In this document: positions 13,652-27,508 of the stretch, piece by piece
Numbering within the stretch: position 1 is the stretch's first letter
Layout: each line of letters begins with the position of its first letter
NCBI GenBank assembly: GCA_964016885.1
Contig: OZ024744.1
Location: 23,498,001 to 23,562,000 of the forward strand
Direction of reading: 5' to 3'
Origin: Eledone cirrhosa
Lineage: Eukaryota
Length of the DNA stretch: 64,000 bases
Notes under the pieces: model-generated
What the model was told of the DNA's origin: nothing
The model's input: only the letters and a program-made list of their open reading frames with translations
Database searches by the model: none
Position numbers and translations under genes: made by a program

Positions 13652-16600
13652 AACCTTAAGCACTGACTCGTTTTAACAACAGTGGAATCTTCAAATAAAA
13701 CTCGTTTTAACAACAGTTGATTCTTCAGAACTGACTCGTTTTAACAACAGTTGAATCTTAAGATAAAACTCGTTTTAACAACAGTTGAATCTTAAGAACT
13801 GACTCATTTTAACAACAGCTGAATCTCTAGATAAAACTCGTTATAACAACAGTTGAATCTTAAGGTAAAATTCGTTTTAACAACAGTTGAATCTTAAGAA
13901 CTGACTCGTTTTAACAACAGCTGAATCTTAAGAACTGGCTCATTTTAACAACAGTTGAATCTTAAGAACTGACTCGTTTTATCAACAGTTCAACCTTAAG
14001 CACTGACTCGTTTTAACAACAGTTGAATCTTCAAATAAAACTCGTTTTAACAACAGTTGAATCTTAAGAACTGACTCATTTTAACAACAGTTGAATCTTA
14101 AGATAAAACTCGTTTTAACAACAGTTGAATCTTAAGAACTGACTCGTTTTAACAACAGTTCAACCTTAAGAACTGACTCGTTTTAACAACAGTTTAATCT
14201 TAAGATGAAACTCGTTTTAACAACAGTTGAATCTTAAGAACTGACTCATTTTAACAACAGTTGAATCTTAAGAACTGATTCGTTTTAACAACAGTTGACT
14301 CTTAAGAACTGATTCGTTTTAACAAAAGCTGAATCTTAAGATAAAACTCGTTTTAACAACAGTTGAATCTTAAGATAAAATTCGTTTTAACAACAGTTGA
14401 ATCTTAAGAACTGACTCGTTTTAACAACAGCTGAATCTTAAGATAAATCTCGTTTTAACAACAGTTGAATCTTAAGAACTGACTCGTTTTATCAACAGTT
14501 CAACCTTAAGAACTGACTCGTTTTAACAACAGTTGAATCCTCAAATAAAACTCGTTTTAACAACAGTTGAATCTTAAGAACTGACTCGTTATAACAACAG
14601 TTGAATCTTAAGAACTGACTCGTTTTAACAACAGTTGAATCTTAAGAACTGACTCGTTATAACAACAGTTGAATCTTAAGAACTGACTCGTTTTAACAAC
14701 AGTTCAACCTTAAGAACTGACTCGTTTTAACAACAGTTGAATCTTAAGAACTGACTCGTTTTAACAACAGTTCAACCTTAAGAACTGACTCGTTTTAACA
14801 ACAGTTGAATCTTAAGAACTGACTCGTTTTAACAACAGTTCAACCTTAAGAACTGACTCGTTTTAACAACAGTTGAATCTTCGAATAAAACTCGTTTTAA
14901 CAACAGTTGAATCTTAAGAACTGATTCGTTTTAACAACAGCTGAATCTTAAGATAAACTCGTTTTAACAACAGTTGAATCTTAAGATAAACCTCGTTTTA
15001 ACAACATTTGAATCTTAAGAACTGATTCGTTTTAACAACAGCTGAATCTTAAGATAAACTCGTTTTAACAACAGTTGAATCTTAAGATAAACCTCGTTTT
15101 AACAACAGTTGAATCTTAAGAACTGACTCGTTTTATCAACAGTTCAACCTTAAGAACTGACTCATCTTAACAACAGTTGAATCTTCAAATAAAATTCGTT
15201 TTAACAACAGTTGAATCTTAAGAACTGACTCGTTTTAACAACAGTTGAATCTTAAGAACTGACTCATTTTAACAACAGCTGAATCTTAAGATAAAACTCG
15301 TTTTAACAACAGTTGAATCTTAAGAACTGACTCGTTTTAACAACAGCTGAATCTTAAGAACTGGCTCATTTTAACAACAGTTGAATCTTAAGAACTCACT
15401 CGTTTTATCAACAGTTCAACCTTAAGCACTGACTCGTTTTAACAACAGTGGAATCTTCAAATAAAACTCGTTTTAACAACAGTTGATTCTTCAGAACTGA
15501 CTCGTTTTAACAACAGTTGAATCTTAAGATAAAACTCGTTTTAACAACAGTTGAATCTTAAGAACTGACTCATTTTAACAACAGCTGAATCTCTAGATAA
15601 AACTCGTTATAACAACAGTTGAATCTTAAGGTAAAATTCGTTTTAACAACAGTTGAATCTTAAGAACTGACTCGTTTTAACAACAGCTGAATCTTAAGAA
15701 CTGGCTCATTTTAACAACAGTTGAATCTTAAGAACTGACTCGTTTTATCAACAGTTCAACCTTAAGCACTGACTCGTTTTAACAACAGTTGAATCTTCAA
15801 ATAAAACTCGTTTTAACAACAGTTGAATCTTAAGAACTGAGTCATTTTAACAACAGTTGAATCTTAAGATAAAACTCGTTTTAACAACAGTTGAATCTTA
15901 AGAACTGACTCGTTTTAACAACAGTTCAACCTTAAGAACTGACTCGTTTTAACAACAGTTTAATCTTAAGATGAAACTCGTTTTAACAACAGTTGAATCT
16001 TAAGAACTGACTCATTTTAACAACAGTTGAATCTTAAGAACTGATTCGTTTTAACAACAGTTGACTCTTAAGAACTGATTCGTTTTAACAAAAGCTGAAT
16101 CTTAAGATAAAACTCGTTTTAACAACAGTTGAATCTTAAGATAAAATTCGTTTTAACAACAGTTGAATCTTAAGAACTGACTCGTTTTAACAACAGCTGA
16201 ATCTTAAGATAAATCTCGTTTTAACAACAGTTGAATCTTAAGAACTGACTCGTTTTATCAACAGTTCAACCTTAAGAACTGACTCGTTTTAACAACAGTT
16301 GAATCCTCAAATAAAACTCGTTTTAACAACAGTTGAATCTTAAGAACTGACTCGTTATAACAACAGTTGAATCTTAAGAACTGACTCGTTTTAACAACAG
16401 TTGAATCTTAAGAACTGACTCGTTATAACAACAGTTGAATCTTAAGAACTGACTCGTTTTAACAACAGTTCAACCTTAAGAACTGACTCGTTTTAACAAC
16501 AGTTGAATCTTAAGAACTGACTCGTTTTAACAACAGTTCAACCTTAAGAACTGACTCGTTTTAACAACAGTTGAATCTTAAGAACTGACTCGTTTTAACA

Positions 16601-17183
16601 ACAGTTCAACCTTAAGAACTGACTCGTTTTAACAACAGTTGAATCTTCGAATAAAACTCGTTTTAACAACAGTTGAATCTTAAGAACTGATTCGTTTTAA
16701 CAACAGCTGAATCTTAAGATAAACTCGTTTTAACAACAGTTGAATCTTAAGATAAACCTCGTTTTAACAACATTTGAATCTTAAGAACTGATTCGTTTTA
16801 ACAACAGCTGAATCTTAAGATAAACTCGTTTTAACAACAGTTGAATCTTAAGATAAACCTCGTTTTAACAACAGTTGAATCTTAAGAACTGACTCGTTTT
16901 ATCAACAGTTCAACCTTAAGAACTGACTCATCTTAACAACAGTTGAATCTTCAAATAAAATTCGTTTTAACAACAGTTGAATCTTAAGAACTGACTCGTT
17001 TTAACAACAGTTGAATCTTAAGAACTGACTCATTTTAACAACAGCTGAATCTTAAGATAAAACTCGTTTTAACAACAGTTGAATCTTAAGAACTGACTCG
17101 TTTTAACAATAGCTGAATCTTAAGAACTGGCTCATTTTAACAACAGTTGAATCTTAAGAACTCACTCGTTTTATCAACAGTTC
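13652..17183. repeat. Near-identical tandem duplication of a 1766-bp (52-monomer) unit
   Basis: Markers repeat at offset 1766: AACAAAAGCTG 14321/16087, AATCTTCGAAT 14876/16642, CTCACTCG 15395/17161. Confidence 0.85.
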
Positions 17184-20100
17184 AACCTTAAGCACTGACT
17201 CGTTTTAACAACAGTTGAATCTTCAAATAAAACTCGTTTTAACAACAGTTGAATCTTAAGAACTGACTCATTTTAACAACAGTTGAATCTTAAGATAAAA
17301 CTCGTTTTAACAACAGTTGAATCTTAAGAACTGACTCGTTTTAACAACAGTTCAACCTTAAGAACTGACTCGTTTTAACAACAGTTGAATCTTAAGATGA
17401 AACTCGTTTTAACAACAGTTGAATCTTAAGAACTGACTCATTTTAACAACAGTTGAATCTTAAGAACTGATTCGTTTTAACAACAGTTGACTCTTAAGAA
17501 CTGATTCGTTTTAACAACAGCTGAATCTTAAGATAAAACTCGTTTTAACAACAGTTGAATCTTAAGATAAAATTCGTTTTAACAACAGTTGAATCTTAAG
17601 AACTGACTCGTTTTAACAACAGCTGAATCTTAAGATAAAACTCGTTTTAACAACAGTTGAATCTTAAGAACTGACTCGTTTTATCAACAGTTCAACCTTA
17701 AGAACTGACTCGTTTTAACAACAGTTGAATCCTCAAATAAAACTCGTTTTAACAACAGTTGAATCTTAAGAACTGACTCGTTATAACAACAGTTGAATCT
17801 TAAGAACTGACTCGTTTTAACAACAGTTCAACCTTAAGAACTGACTCGTTTTAACAACAGTTGAATCTTAAGAACTGACTCGTTTTAACAACAGTTCAAC
17901 CTTAAGAACTGACTCGTTTTAACAACAGTTGAATCTTAAGAACTGACTCGTTATAACAACAGTTGAATCTTAAGAACTGACTCGTTTTAACAACAGTTCA
18001 ACCTTAAGAACTGACTCGTTTTAACAACAGTTGAATCTTAAGAACTGACTCGTTTTAACAACAGTTCAACCTTAAGAACTGACTCGTTTTAACAACAGTT
18101 GAATCTTAAGAACTGACTCGTTTTAACAACAGTTCAACCTTAAGAACTGACTCGTTTTAACAACAGTTGAATCTTCAAATAAAACTCGTTTTAACAACAG
18201 TTGAATCTTAAGAACTGATTCGTTTTAACAACAGCTGAATCTTAAGATAAACTCGTTTTAACAACAGTTGAATCTTGAGATAAACCTCGTTTTAACAACA
18301 TTTGAATCTTAAGAACTGATTCGTTTTAACAACAGCTGAATCTTAAGATAAACTCGTTTTAACAACAGTTGAATCTTAAGATAAACCTCGTTTTAACAAC
18401 AGTTGAATCTTAAGAACTGACTCGTTTTATCAACAGTTCAACCTTAAGAACTGACTCATCTTAACAACAGTTGAATCTTCAAATAAAATTCGTTTTAACA
18501 ACAGTTGAATCTTAAGAACTGACTCGTTTTAACAACAGTTGAATCTTAAGAACTGACTCATTTTAACAACAGCTGAATCTTAAGATAAAACTCGTTTTAA
18601 CAACAGTTGAATCTTAAGATAAAATTCGTTTTAACAACAGTTGAATCTTAAGAACTGACTCGTTTTAACAACAGCTGAATCTTAAGATAAAACTCGTTTT
18701 AACAACAGTTGAATCTTAAGAACTGACTCGTTTTATCAACAGTTCAACCTTAAGCACTGACTCGTTTTAACAACAGTTGAATCTTCAAATAAAACTCGTT
18801 TTAACAACAGTTGATTCTTCAGAACTGACTCCTTTTAATAACAGTTGAATCTTAAGATAAAACTCGTTTTAACAACAGTTGAATCTTAAGTACTGACTCA
18901 TTTTAACAACAGCTGAATCTCTAGATAAAACTCGTTTTAACAACAGTTGAATCTTAAGAACTGACTCGTTTTATCAACAGTTGAATCTTAAGAACTGACT
19001 CGTTTTATCAACAGTTCAACCTTAAGAACTGACTCGTTTTAACAACAGTTGAATCCTCAAATAAAACTCGTTTTAACAACAGTTGAATCTTAAGAACGGA
19101 CTCATTTTAACAACAGTTGAATCTTAAGATAAAACCCGTTTTAACAACAGTTGAATCTTAAGAACTGACTCGTTTTAACAACGGCTGAATTTTAAGATAA
19201 ACTCGTTTTAACAACAGTTGAATCTTAAGAACTGACTCGTTTTATCAGCAGTTCAACCTTAAGAACTGACTCATCTTAACAACAGTTGAATCTTCAAATA
19301 AAATTCGTTTTAACAACAGTTGAATCTTAAGAACTGATTCGTTTTAACAACAGCTGAATCTTAGGATAAAACTCGTTTTAACAACAGTTGAATCTTAAGA
19401 ACTGACTCGTTTTAACAACAGCTGAATCTTAAGATAAAACTCGTTTTAACAACAGTTGAATCTTAAGAACTGACTCGTTTTATCAACAGTTCAACCTTAA
19501 GCACTGACTCGTTTTAACAACAGTTGAATCTTAAGATAAAACTCGTTTTAACAACAGTTGAATCTTAAGAACTGACTCATTTTAACAACAGTTGAATCTT
19601 AAGAACTGATTCGTTTTAACAACAGTTGAATCTTCAGATAAAACTCGTTTTAACTACAGTTGAATCTTAAGAACTGACTCGTTTTAACAACAGTTGTATC
19701 TTAAGATAAAACTCGTTTTAACAACAGTTGAATCTTAAGAACTGACTCATTTTAACAACAGTTGAATCTTAAGAACTGATTCGTTTTAACAACAGTTGAA
19801 TCTTAAGATAAAACTCGTTTTAACAACAGTTGAATCTTAAGAACTGACTCGTTTTAATAACAGCTGAATCTTAAGATAAAACACGTTTTACAACAGTTGA
19901 ATCTTAAGAACTGACTCGTTTTATCAACAGTTCAACCTTAAGAACTGACTCATCTTAACAACAGTTGAATCTTCAAATAAAACTCGTTTTAACAACAGTT
20001 GAATCTTAAGAACTGATTCGTTTTAACAACAGCTGAATCGTAAGATAAAACTCGTTTTAACAACAGTTGAATCTTAAGATAAAATTCGTTTTAACAACAG

Positions 20101-23100
20101 TTGAATCTTAAGAACTGACTCGTTTTAACAACAGCTGAATCTTAAGATAAAACTCGTTTTATCAACAGTTCAACCTTAAGAACTGACTCGTTTTAACAAC
20201 AGTTGAATCCTCAAATAAAACTCGTTTTAACAACAGTTGAATCTTAAGAACTGACTCGTTTTAACAATAGTTGAATCTTAAGATAAAACTCGTTTTAACA
20301 ACAGTTGAATCTTAAGAACTGACTCATTTTAACAACAGTTGAATCTTAAGATAAAACTCGTTTTAACAACAGTTGAATCTTAAGAACTGACTCGTTTTAA
20401 CAACAGTTCAACCTTAAGAACTGACTCGTTTTAACAACAGTTGAATCTTTAAATAAAACTCGTTTTAACTACAGTTGAATCTTAAGAACTGACTCGTTTT
20501 AACAACAGTTGAATCTTAAGATAAAACTCGTTTTAACAACAGTTGAATCTTAAGAACTGACTCATTTTAACAACAGTTGAATCTTAAGAACTGATTCGTT
20601 TTAACAACAGTTGAATTTTCAGATAAAACTCGTTTTAACTACAGTTGAATCTTAAGAACTGACTCGTTTTAACAACAGTTGAATCTTAAGATAGAACTCG
20701 TTTTAACAACAGTTGAATCTTAAGAACTGACTCATTTTAACAACAGTTGAATCTTAAGAACTGATTCGTTTTAACAACAGTTGAATCTTAAGATAAAACT
20801 CGTTTTAACAACAGTTGATTCTTCAGAACTGACTCGTTTTAACAACAGTTGAATCTTAAGATAAAACTCGTTTTAACAACAGTTGAATCTTAAGAACTGA
20901 CTCATTTTAACAACAGCTAAATCTTTAGATAAAACTCGTTTTAACAACAGTTGAATCTTAAGAACTGACTCGTTTTAACAACAGTTGAATCCTCAAATAA
21001 AACTCGTTTTAACAACAGTTGAATCCTAATAACTGACTCGTTTTAACAACAGTTGAATCTTAAGATAAAACTCGTTTTAACAACAGTTGAATCTTAAGAA
21101 CTGACTCATTTTAACAACAGTTGAATCTTAAGAACTGATTCGTTTTAACAACAGTTGAATCTTCAGATAAAACTCGTTTTAACTACAGTTGAATCTTAAG
21201 AACTGACTAGTTTTAACAACAGTTGAATCTTAAGATAAAACTCGTTTTACAACAGTTGAATCTTAAGAACTGACTCGTTTTAATAACAGTTGAATCTTAA
21301 GATAAAACTCGTTTTAACAACAGTTGAATCTAAAGAACTGACTCGTTTTAACAACAGCTGAATCTTAAGATAAAACTCGTTTTACAACAGTTGAATCTTA
21401 AGAACTGACTCGTTTTATCATCAGTTCAACCTTAAGAACTGACTCATTCTAAGAACAGTTGAATCTTCAAATAAAACTCGTTTTAACAACAGTTGAATCT
21501 TAAGAACTCATTCGTTTTAACAACAGCTGAATCTTAAGATAAAACTCGTTTTAACAACAGTTGAATCTTAAGATAAAATTCGTTTTAACAACAGTTGAAT
21601 CTTAAGAACTGACTCGTTTTAACAACAGCTGAATCTTAAGATAAAACTCTTTTTAACAACAGTTGAATCTTAAGAACTGACTCGTTTTATCAACAGATCA
21701 ACCTTAAGCACTGACTCGTTTTAACAACAGTTGAATCTGCAAATAAAACTCGTTTTAACAACAGTTGATTCTTCAGAACTGACTCGTTTTAACAACATTT
21801 GAATCTTAAGATAAAACTCGTTTTAACAACAGTTGAATCTTAAGAACTGACTCATTTTAACAACAGCTGAATCTCTAGATAAAACTCGTTATAACAACAG
21901 TTGAATCTTAAGGTAAAATTCGTTTTAACAACAGTTGAATCTTAAGAACTGACTCGTTTTAACAACAGCTGAATCTTAAGATAAAACTCGTTTTAACAAC
22001 AGTTGAATCTTAAGAACTGACTCGTTTTATCAACAGTTCAACCTTAAGCACTGACTCGTTTTAACAACAGTTGAATCTTCAAATAAAACTCGTTTTAACA
22101 ACAGTTGAATCTTAAGAACTGACTCATTTTAACAACAGTTGAATCTTAAGAACTGATTCGTTTTAACAACAGTTGAATCTTAAGATAAAACTCGTTTTAA
22201 CAACAGTTGAATCTTAAGAACTGACTCGTTTTAACAACAGCTGAATCTTAAGATAAAACTCGTTTTACAACAGTTGAATCTTAAGAACTGACTCGTTTTA
22301 TCAACAGTTCAACCTTAAGAACTGACTCATCCTAACAACAGTTGAATCTTCAAATAAAACTCGTTTTAACTACAGTTGAATCTTAAGAACTGATTCGTTT
22401 TAACAACAGCTGAATCTTAAGATAAAACTCGTTTTAACAACAGTTGAATCTTAAGATAAAATTCGTTTTAACAACAGTTGAATCTTAAGAACTGACTCGT
22501 TTTAACAACAGCTGAATCTTAAGATAAAACTCTTTTTAACAACAGTTGAATCTTAAGAACTGACTCGTTTTATCAACAGTTCAACCTTAAGCACTGACTC
22601 GTTTTAACAACAGTGGAATCTTCAAATAAAACTCGTTTTAACAACAGTTGATTCTTCAGAACTGACTCGTTTTAAAACCAGTTGAATCTTAAGATAAAAC
22701 TCGTTTTAACAACAGTTGAATCTTAAGAACTGACTCGTTTTAATAACAGTTGAATCTTAAGATAAAACTCGTTTTAACAACAGTTGAATCTTAAGAACTG
22801 ACTCGTTTTAACAACAGCTGAATCTTAAGATAAAACTCTTTTTAACAACAGTTGAATCTTAAGAACTGACTCGTTTTATCAACAGTTCAACCTGAAGCAC
22901 TGACTCGTTTTAACAACAGTTGAATCTTCAAATAAAACTCGTTTTAACAACAGTTGATTCTTCAGAACTGACTCGTTTTAACAACAGTTGAATCTTAAGA
23001 TAAAACTCGTTTTAACAACAGTTGAATCTTAAGAACTGACTCATTTTAACAACAGCTGAATCTCTAGATAAAACTCGTTATAACAACAGTTGAATCTTAA

Positions 23101-26100
23101 GGTAAAATTCGTTTTAACAACAGTTGAATCTTAAGAACTGACTCGTTTTAACAACAGCTGAATCTTAAGATAAAACTCGTTTTAACAACAGTTGAATCTT
23201 AAGAACTGACTCATTTTAACAACAGTTGAATCTTAAGAACTGATTCGTTTTAACAACAGTTGAATCTTAAGATAAAACTCGTTTTAACAACAGTTGAATC
23301 TTAAGAACTGACTCGTTTTAACAACAGCTGAATCTTAAGATAAAACTCGTTTTACAACAGTTGAATCTTAAGAACTGACTCGTTTTATCAACAGTTCAAC
23401 CTTAAGAACTGACTCATCCTAACAACAGTTGAATCTTCAAATAAAACTCGTTTTAACAACAGTTGAATCTTAAGAACTGATTCGTTTTAACAACAGCTGA
23501 ATCGTAAGATAAAACTCGTTTTAACAACAGTTGAATCTTAAGAACTGACTCATTTTAACAACAGTTGAATCTTAAGAACTGATTCGTTTTAACAACAGTT
23601 GAATCTTAAGATAAAACTCGTTTTAACAACAGTTGAATCTTAAGAACTGACTCGTTTTAACAACAGCTGAATCTTAAGATAAAACTCGTTTTACAACAGT
23701 TGAATCTTAAGAACTGACTCGTTTTATCAACAGTTCAACCTTAAGAACTGACACATTTTAACAACAGTTGAATCTTCAAATAAAACTCGTTTTAACAACA
23801 GTTGATTCTTCAGAACTGACTCGTTTTAACAACAGTTGAATCTTAAGATAAAACTCGTTTTAACAACAGTTGAATCTTAAGAACTGACTCATTTTAACAA
23901 CAGCTGAATCTTTAGATAAAACTCGTTTTAACAACAGTTGAATCTTAAGAACTGACTCGTTTTAACAACAGTTGAATCCTCAAATAAAACTCGTTTTAAC
24001 AACAGTTGAATCTTAATAACTGACTCGTTTTAACAACAGTTGAATCTTAAGATAAAACTCGTTTTAACAACAGTTGAATCTTAAGAACTGACTCATTTTA
24101 ACAACAGTTGAATCTTAAGAACTGATTCGTTTTAACAACAGTTGAATCTTCAGATAAAACTCGTTTTAACTACAGTTGAATCTTAAGAACTGACTAGTTT
24201 TAACAACAGTTGAATCTTAAGATAAAACTCGTTTTAACAACAGTTGAATCTTAAGAACTGGCTCATTTTAACAACAGTTGAATCTTAAGAACTGATTCGT
24301 TTTAACAACAGTTGAACCTTAAGATAAAACTCGTTTTAACAACAGTTGAATCTTAAGAACTGACTCGTTTTAATAACAGTTGAATCTTAAGTACTGACTC
24401 GTTTTAACAACAGCTGAATCTTAAGATAAAACTCGTTTTAACAACAGTTGAATCTTAAGTACTGACTCGTTTTAACAACAGCTGAATCTTAAGATAAAAC
24501 TCGTTTTACAACAGTTGAATTTTAAGAACTGACTCGTTTTATCAACAGTTCAACCTTAAGAACTGACTCATCCTAACAACAGTTGAATCTTCAAATAAAA
24601 CTCGTTTTAACAACAGTTGAATCTTAAGAACTGATTCGTTTTAACAACAGCTGAATCTTAAGATAAAACTCGTTTTAACAACAGTTGAATCTTAAGATAA
24701 AATTCGTTTTAACAACAGTTGAATCTTAAGAACTGACTCGTTTTAACAACAGCTGAATCTTAAGATAAAACTCTTTTTAACAACAGTTGAATCTTAAGAA
24801 CTGACTCGTTTTATCAACAGTTCAACCTTAAGCACTGACTCGTTTTAACAACAGTGGAATCTTCAAATAAAACTCGTTTTAACAACAGTTGATTCTTCAG
24901 AACTGACTCGTTTTAACAACAGTTGAATCTTAAGATAAAACTCGTTTTAACAACAGTTGAATCTTAAGAACTGACTCGTTTTAATAACAGTTGAATCTTA
25001 AGATAAAACTCGTTTTAACAACAGTTGAATCTTAAGAACTGACTCGTTTTAACAACAGCTGAATCTTAAGATAAAACTCTTTTTAACAACAGTTGAATCT
25101 TAAGAACTGACTCGTTTTATCAACAGTTCAACCTTAAGCACTGACTCGTTTTAACAACAGTGGAATCTTCAAATAAAACTCGTTTTAACAACAGTTGATT
25201 CTTCAGAACTGACTCGTTTTAACAACAGTTGAATCTTAAGATAAAACTCGTTTTAACAACAGTTGAATCTTAAGAACTGACTCATTTTAACAACAGCTGA
25301 ATCTCTAGATAAAACTCGTTATAACAACAGATGAATCTTAAGGTAAAATTCGTTTTAACAACAGTTGAATCTTAAGAACTGACTCGTTTTAACAACAGCT
25401 GAATCTTAAGATAAAACTCGTTTTAACAACAGTTGAATCTTAAGAACTGACTCGTTTTATCAACAGTTCAACCTTAAGCACTGACTCGTTTTAACAACAG
25501 TTGAATCTTCAAATAAAACTCGTTTTAACAACAGTTGAATCTTAAGAACTGACTCATTTTAACAACAGTTGAATCTTAAGATAAAACTCGTTTTAACAAC
25601 AGTTGAATCTTAAGAACTGACTCGTTTTAACAACAGTTCAACCTTAAGAACTGACTCGTTTTATCAACAGTTGAATCTTAAGATGAAACTCGTTTTAACA
25701 ACAGTTGAATCTTAAGAACTGACTCATTTTAACAACAGTTGAATCTTAAGAACTGATTCGTTTTAACAACAGTTGACTCTTAAGAACTGATTCGTTTTAA
25801 CAACAGCTGAATCTTAAGATAAAACTCGTTTTAACAACAGTTGAATCTTAGGATAAAATTCGTTTTAACAACAGTTGAATCTTAAGAACTGACTCGTTTT
25901 AACAACAGCTGAATCTTAAGATAAAACTCGTTTTAACAACAGTTGAATCTTAAGAACTGACTCGTTTTATCAACAGTTCAACCTTAAGAACTGACTCGTT
26001 TTAACAACAGTTGAATCCTCAAATAAAACTCGTTTTAACAACAGTTGAATCTTAAGAACTGACTCGTTATAACAACAGTTGAATCTTAAGAACTGACTCG

Positions 26101-26725
26101 TTTTAACAACAGTTCAACCTTAAGAACTGACTCGTTTTAACAACAGTTGAATCTTAAGAACTGACTCGTTTTAACAACAGTTCAACCTTAAGAACTGACT
26201 CGTTTTAACAACAGTTGAATCTTAAGAACTGACTCGTTTTAACAACAGTTCAACCTTAAGAACTGACTCGTTTTAACAACAGTTGAATCTTCAAATAAAA
26301 CTCGTTTTAACTACAGTTGAATCTTAAGAACTGACTCGTTTTAACAACAGTTGAATCTTAAGATAAAACTCGTTTTAACAACAGTTGAATCTTAAGAACT
26401 GACTCATTTTAACAACAGTTGAATCTTAAGAACTGATTCGTTTTAACAACAGTTGAATCTTAAGATAAAACTCGTTTTAACAACAGTTGAATCTTGAGAA
26501 CTGACTCGTTTTAACAACAGCTGAATCTTAAGATAAAACTCGTTTTACAACAGTTGAATCTTAAGAACTAACTCGTTTTATCAACAGTTCAACCTTAAGA
26601 ACTGACTCATTTTAACAACAGTTGAATATTCAAATAAAACTCGTTTTAACAACAGTTGAATCTTAATAACTGATTCGTTTTAACAACAGCTGAATCTTAA
26701 GATAAACTCGTTTTAACAACAGCTG

Positions 26726-27508
26726 AATCTTAAGATAAACCTGGTTTTAACAACATTTGAATCTTAAGAACTGAATTCGTTTTAACAACAGCTGAATCTT
26801 AAGATAAAACTCGTTTTAACAACAGTTGATTCTTAAGAACTGACTCGTTTTATCAACAGTTCAACCTTAAGAACTGACTCGTTTTAACAACAGTTGAATC
26901 TTCAAATAAAACTCGTTTTAACAACAGTTGAATATTATGATAAAACTCATTTTAATAACAGTTGATTCTTAAGATAAAACTCGTTTTAACAACAGTTGAT
27001 TCTTAAGAACTGACTCGTTTTAACAACAGCTGAATCTTAAGATAAAACTCGTTTTAACAACAGTTGAATCTTAAGATAAAATTCGTTTTAACAATAGTTG
27101 AACGTTAAGAACTGGTTTGTTGTAACAACAGTTGGATCTTAAGATAAAACTCGTTTTAACAACAGTTGAATCTTAAGAACTGACTCGTTTTAACAACTGT
27201 TGAATCTTAAGAACTGACTCGTTTTATCAACAGTTCAACCTTAAGAACTGACTCGTTTTAACAACAGTTGAATCTTCAAATAAAACTCGTTTTAACAACA
27301 GTTGAATCTTAAGAACTGACTCGTTTTAACAACAGTTGAATCTTAAGATAAAACTCGTTTTAACAACAGTTGAATCTTAAGAACTGACTCGTTTTATCAA
27401 CAGTTCAACCTTAATAACTGAATCGTTTTAACAACAGTTGAATCTTCAAATTAAACTCGTTTTAACAACAGTTGAATCATAAGAACTGATTCGTTTTAAC
27501 AACAGTTG
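26726..27508. repeat. Diverged landmark block P, copy 1 (~23 monomers)
   Basis: Cluster of private variants: AAACCTGG, 35-bp monomer with GAATTC (26773), AATATTATGAT, AACGTTAAGAACTGGTTTG (27101), GTTGGATC, AACAACTGTTG, AACCTTAATAACTGAATCG (27407), AATCATAAG. Confidence 0.9.
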
